Below are positions 15,519-18,717 of a stretch of 18,717 bases of DNA, one piece after another. The translations under genes were made by a program, and so were the position numbers. Source of the DNA: Nitrospinaceae bacterium (lineage in GTDB: Bacteria; Nitrospinota; Nitrospinia; Nitrospinales; VA-1); contig JBHHVU010000060.1 of NCBI GenBank assembly GCA_046754465.1, forward strand, positions 1 to 18,717, written 5' to 3'. Position 1 is the first letter of the stretch. Each line of letters begins with the position of its first letter. Below the pieces are notes generated by a model that ran no database searches, was not told where the DNA came from, and was given only the letters and a program-made list of their open reading frames with translations.

Positions 15519-17192
15519 TCAAATTGCCCGTGGCGGCTCGCCACCTCTGCCGCGCTGAGCGACGATCAGGATGCGGGTGGAGGGGCAAGTATCGGCGTCC
15601 TTTTCAATTGGGTTCAGCGTCAACGCATCATAGACATCCACGGTTCCCTGGAAATTTTTCTCGAACAACCGTCGCAACCGCCACAGGGAGGGCAGAAACC
15701 GCAGGTGTTTTCCCTCGTCGGTGATTCGCAGCCGGTTTGACAGCCGGTTGACGTTAATGATTTCGCTTTGCTGGAAAGTGCAGTTTCCCCGTTCCACAAG
15801 AACCGGCTGCCGTAAGGAAATCACCCCGCCGTTCTTCGACCGGATCACGTGGGGGTAGGTCCGGATATGGTCGGGGGTGATGAAATCGCCGATGAAATAT
15901 CCTCCCGGCCGGGTGATCCGCGCGGTGACCGCGATGGCCTGTTCCAACTGTTCCGGCGCCAGGTACTGAAACACATTCAAGCCGCAGAACGTGAAATCCC
16001 AGGATTGGCCGGAGAGGGACAATAAATCCTTAGCCTCGGCGTGAATCCGCCGGGAGGCGACCTGGATCATCGCCTCGGATTTGTCGATTCCCAGGAGCCG
16101 GCCCTTTGCCACTCCCAATTCCTTGATGAGAAACTCTTCCACGGCCCCGGTGCCGCAACCGATGGAAAGAAAGTTTTTTTCCCGCAAATTCAATCGATAC
16201 CGGCCGATGACGAACCGGAGGTACCCGGCAATGAACTCTTCCAGGCAAGGGAGTCCCACCACGTCGTCATACAGTTCCGCGTAGGTGAAGAAGGGGTCGC
16301 CGTCCTCCTGGGTGAACAGAAGGTGTTTTTGCACCTGTGCCGCCGCGGTCAGCTCCTTGCGTAGCAGAGACCAGAACCCCATATCCTCCATATGCCCGGT
16401 TTTTTCATCGACATTTTTCATGAGATCGCCCTCGAACCAGTCCCAGCTGCTTTTGTCGAACAGTTTTTCCTGAAGGTCTTTTTCCCTTCGGACCCATCTT
16501 TCGTCCCGGGGCGATTCCGTCTTCATCCGGTGCAGGCGTTTCAGGAGTTCGACGATATCCCGGAGCCAGGTCATGAAATCCGGGCGGGGACCGGGTTCGA
16601 TGCGTTGGACCGCGGCGGGGGGCAAGGCGAAAAATACCCCCCCATCCGTGCGTTGGATCCGGTGTTCATCCAAAACAAAAACCCGGGCATCGGCGGTCAC
16701 CGAATGATTTCTTTCGTGGTTTCCGTAAAGATGAAAAGTGAGGAACCGGAAATTCGTCGGGTTGTGCATTTGGTGAACCAACTGATGTCCGACGGCCAGA
16801 ACCTGGCCCGCCTTCATCTTTGTCCGGTTGAGAGTTTTGATCTCGCCGTCCTGGACCAGGAAAACCGCGTGCTCCGCCGGACCAAAAATCTGCACCGCTC
16901 CCCATTGCGTGTGCCCGTGATCGTGGATGGCGGAACAGTCCCCCGGATCCCAGGACATGACCATCATTTCAAAAAATCCGCCATCGAACACCAACCGGCG
17001 TCCGTAACTGTTTTCCGCCGGATGATCGTATTCGGCCCAGGGCTCCAGGTCTTCCATTTTCAAATCCCCTTGAAGGAGCAAATCCCGGGCCTTGTGCGGG
17101 GACATCGTCCTTTCCGATTTCACCCAATGAATCAACTGTTGCAACGCGGCGGGCAGAGGGGCCGTTGCCGTAACAGATGCGGTCAGTTTCAT
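15519..17192 (-). CDS. Fusion of a cysteine/thiol dioxygenase (CDO type I cupin) and a class I SAM-dependent methyltransferase
   Basis: N-terminal: SYGRRL, MMVMSWDPGDCSAIHDHG, VHQMHN, LTFHLY. C-terminal: FLSIGCGTG, LLGIDKSEAMI, WDFTFCGLNVFQYL, TRPGGYFIGD. One uninterrupted 557-aa frame; GGAGGTGA ribosome-binding site before ATG 17192. Confidence 0.88.
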   Translation of the reverse strand: MKLTASVTATAPLPAALQQLIHWVKSERTMSPHKARDLLLQGDLKMEDLEPWAEYDHPAENSYGRRLVFDGGFFEMMVMSWDPGDCSAIHDHGHTQWGAVQIFGPAEHAVFLVQDGEIKTLNRTKMKAGQVLAVGHQLVHQMHNPTNFRFLTFHLYGNHERNHSVTADARVFVLDEHRIQRTDGGVFFALPPAAVQRIEPGPRPDFMTWLRDIVELLKRLHRMKTESPRDERWVRREKDLQEKLFDKSSWDWFEGDLMKNVDEKTGHMEDMGFWSLLRKELTAAAQVQKHLLFTQEDGDPFFTYAELYDDVVGLPCLEEFIAGYLRFVIGRYRLNLREKNFLSIGCGTGAVEEFLIKELGVAKGRLLGIDKSEAMIQVASRRIHAEAKDLLSLSGQSWDFTFCGLNVFQYLAPEQLEQAIAVTARITRPGGYFIGDFITPDHIRTYPHVIRSKNGGVISLRQPVLVERGNCTFQQSEIINVNRLSNRLRITDEGKHLRFLPSLWRLRRLFEKNFQGTVDVYDALTLNPIEKDADTCPSTRILIVAQRGRGGEPPRAI

Positions 17193-17291
17193 GGGGTCAC
17201 CTCCATGCAAAAAAGTTGTTAACTCGAGGATTCCTGAAGCTATTTTTGGGGATAATGAATTAAAAAGACGTGACGTCCTCCAAAAGGAGGT

Positions 17292-17321
17292 TTGAAGAAA
17301 TAGGGGGCTGCCGGATACAAT
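17292..17321 (+). promoter_or_regulatory. Candidate sigma70 promoter upstream of the structured leader and TPR gene
   Basis: TTGAAG (17292-17297), an 18-nt spacer, then TACAAT (17316-17321). Confidence 0.45.
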
Positions 17322-17393
17322 AGGAAAGAAGTCCGGCCGGCAACCCGGGCTGGAAAAATTCCCGGCGGGGCGGACGGGAAACCGCCGGCCTCT

Positions 17394-17434
17394 ATCAGCG
17401 GAGGCACTCCGCCCCCGCCGCTGATTTTTAGTTT
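17394..17434 (+). terminator. Possible intrinsic terminator/attenuator hairpin in the TPR gene leader
   Basis: ATCAGCGG (17394-17401)/CCGCTGAT (17418-17425) 8-bp stem followed by TTTTAGTTT. Confidence 0.4.
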
Positions 17435-17477
17435 CTCACAGAATATCCACCGGGGAAAGGGTTAAAGGAGCGCTCTT

Positions 17478-18710
17478 GTGAATAAAATTTTTGCATCTCT
17501 GAAGGGAAGTTTGAAAAAACTTTTCCCCTCCAGGAAGAAGCGGACATCCAACCAGAAACCCAAAAAACGGTCGCCCGCCGAACTCAAGGTTTTGCTGGAA
17601 AAATACAGGGAAGTGGTCCGCCTCAACCCCCAGGACGGCATGGGACACTACAACCTCGGCGAGGTGTATATGGAATTGTTCCGTTTTTCCGAAGCGGTCC
17701 CCCCCTTGAAAGAAGCGATCCGCATCAACCCCAAAAACCGGAGCGCTTATTATCAACTGGGCACCGCCCTCGTCGAACTGGGCCGGGACGACGATTCGCT
17801 GGAGTACCTGGAAGAAACCTTGCGGCTCGATCCGAAAAGCATGGTGGTCAAACGGCGGCTGGCGCAGGCCCACACCAATCTTTCCATCCTGTATGGAAAG
17901 AGGAAACAGCAGAAAGAATCGATGCACCATTTCAAGGAGGCCATTAAAATCCTGCCTCATTACGGTCCCGCCCATTTATCCCTGGGTATCTTCTTTACCG
18001 AAGCAGGGCGGTACCATGATGCCCTCGCTAAAATCAAGGAAGCGCTGAGCCTGGACAAAAATCTCGCGGTGGACGCGCATTTCAATTTTGGAATCGTGTA
18101 CGGCAAGCTGGGGGAGTATCAAAAGGCCATCAAACACTACCGGGAAGCCATCAAGGTGAGCCCCAAGGCGGCCCTTCCCAATTTAAACCTTGGCATGCTT
18201 TACATCAAAGTGGGCAAACGCGCGGAGGCGATTCAACCCCTCCGCACCGCCATCCGCATGAGCCCCAACCTGGCCCGTGAAGCCCATTTCAAACTGGGCG
18301 CGATCCTATTGAAACTGAAACGGTATCCCGAAGCGGTGGAACCGTTGAAGGAGGCGGTCAAAATCACTCCCAACAACGAAAAGGTGAGGGACTATCTGGC
18401 GGAGGCCCTGTACCATGCCGCGGCATCCCTGGAAAATTCCAATCCACCCACCAAGGCGGTGGAAGTCCTCAAGGAAGCCATCGAATACAATCCCGAGCAC
18501 GTCCTGGCCCATTTCCGGCTGGGGCAGGCCTACGACAAGGCCGGGCAAGGGTATTACGCCATTGTCCACACCACCATCGCCAAAAAATCCTTTGTCGAAC
18601 AGGGAAACGAAGAATGGCTGGCCAAGTCCGTTCGGGCTCTGCGGGCTTTCTTCAAAAAATACCCTTACAAGCCCGAGGATTTCGCCAAGGTGAGGGTGCC
18701 CCGCAAGTAA
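17478..18710 (+). CDS. Tetratricopeptide repeat protein
   Basis: Many tandem ~34-aa repeats (e.g. GHYNLGEVY...EAVPPLKEAIRINP, AHFNFGIVY...KAIKHYREAIKVSP, AHFRLGQAY). AAAGGAG ribosome-binding site before the GTG start; very basic N-terminus. Confidence 0.93.
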   Translation: MNKIFASLKGSLKKLFPSRKKRTSNQKPKKRSPAELKVLLEKYREVVRLNPQDGMGHYNLGEVYMELFRFSEAVPPLKEAIRINPKNRSAYYQLGTALVELGRDDDSLEYLEETLRLDPKSMVVKRRLAQAHTNLSILYGKRKQQKESMHHFKEAIKILPHYGPAHLSLGIFFTEAGRYHDALAKIKEALSLDKNLAVDAHFNFGIVYGKLGEYQKAIKHYREAIKVSPKAALPNLNLGMLYIKVGKRAEAIQPLRTAIRMSPNLAREAHFKLGAILLKLKRYPEAVEPLKEAVKITPNNEKVRDYLAEALYHAAASLENSNPPTKAVEVLKEAIEYNPEHVLAHFRLGQAYDKAGQGYYAIVHTTIAKKSFVEQGNEEWLAKSVRALRAFFKKYPYKPEDFAKVRVPRK

Positions 18711-18717
18711 CGCCGCC

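Noticed and set aside
1..18717. CRISPR array, prophage, transposase or anti-phage defence system
   Set aside because: No regularly spaced direct repeats, integrase/transposase motifs or defence-type nuclease/NTPase domains were seen.

Overview
Bacterial chromosomal window with no rRNA, tRNA, CRISPR array or transposase that I can see. The left half (1-9171) is an all-minus-strand signalling cluster. In transcription order it holds an intact REC-GGDEF diguanylate cyclase, a membrane PAS histidine kinase with an Rcp1-like receiver, a catalytically dead REC-GGDEF paralog that keeps its RxxD I-site, a GAF-PP2C (SpoIIE/RsbU-type) phosphatase with a four-Cys insert, a small CPXCG protein, and a UrtA/AmiC-family binding protein directly followed by a Cache-HAMP membrane sensor that runs off the left edge and is missing from the ORF track. 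The right half holds an unannotated 46-aa membrane peptide, an exported hypothetical protein, an NSS-family transporter, ynfA, a dumbbell REP-like element, uvrC (first Cys-cluster ligand replaced by Ser), an exported NTF2-like protein, a cysteine dioxygenase-SAM methyltransferase fusion, and a TPR protein preceded by a structured leader with mutually exclusive folds. The best candidates for new biology are the CDO-methyltransferase fusion, the Cys4-GAF phosphatase, the active/dead DGC pair, the UrtA-sensor pair and the candidate attenuator RNA. All calls come from reading motifs by eye; no searches were run.
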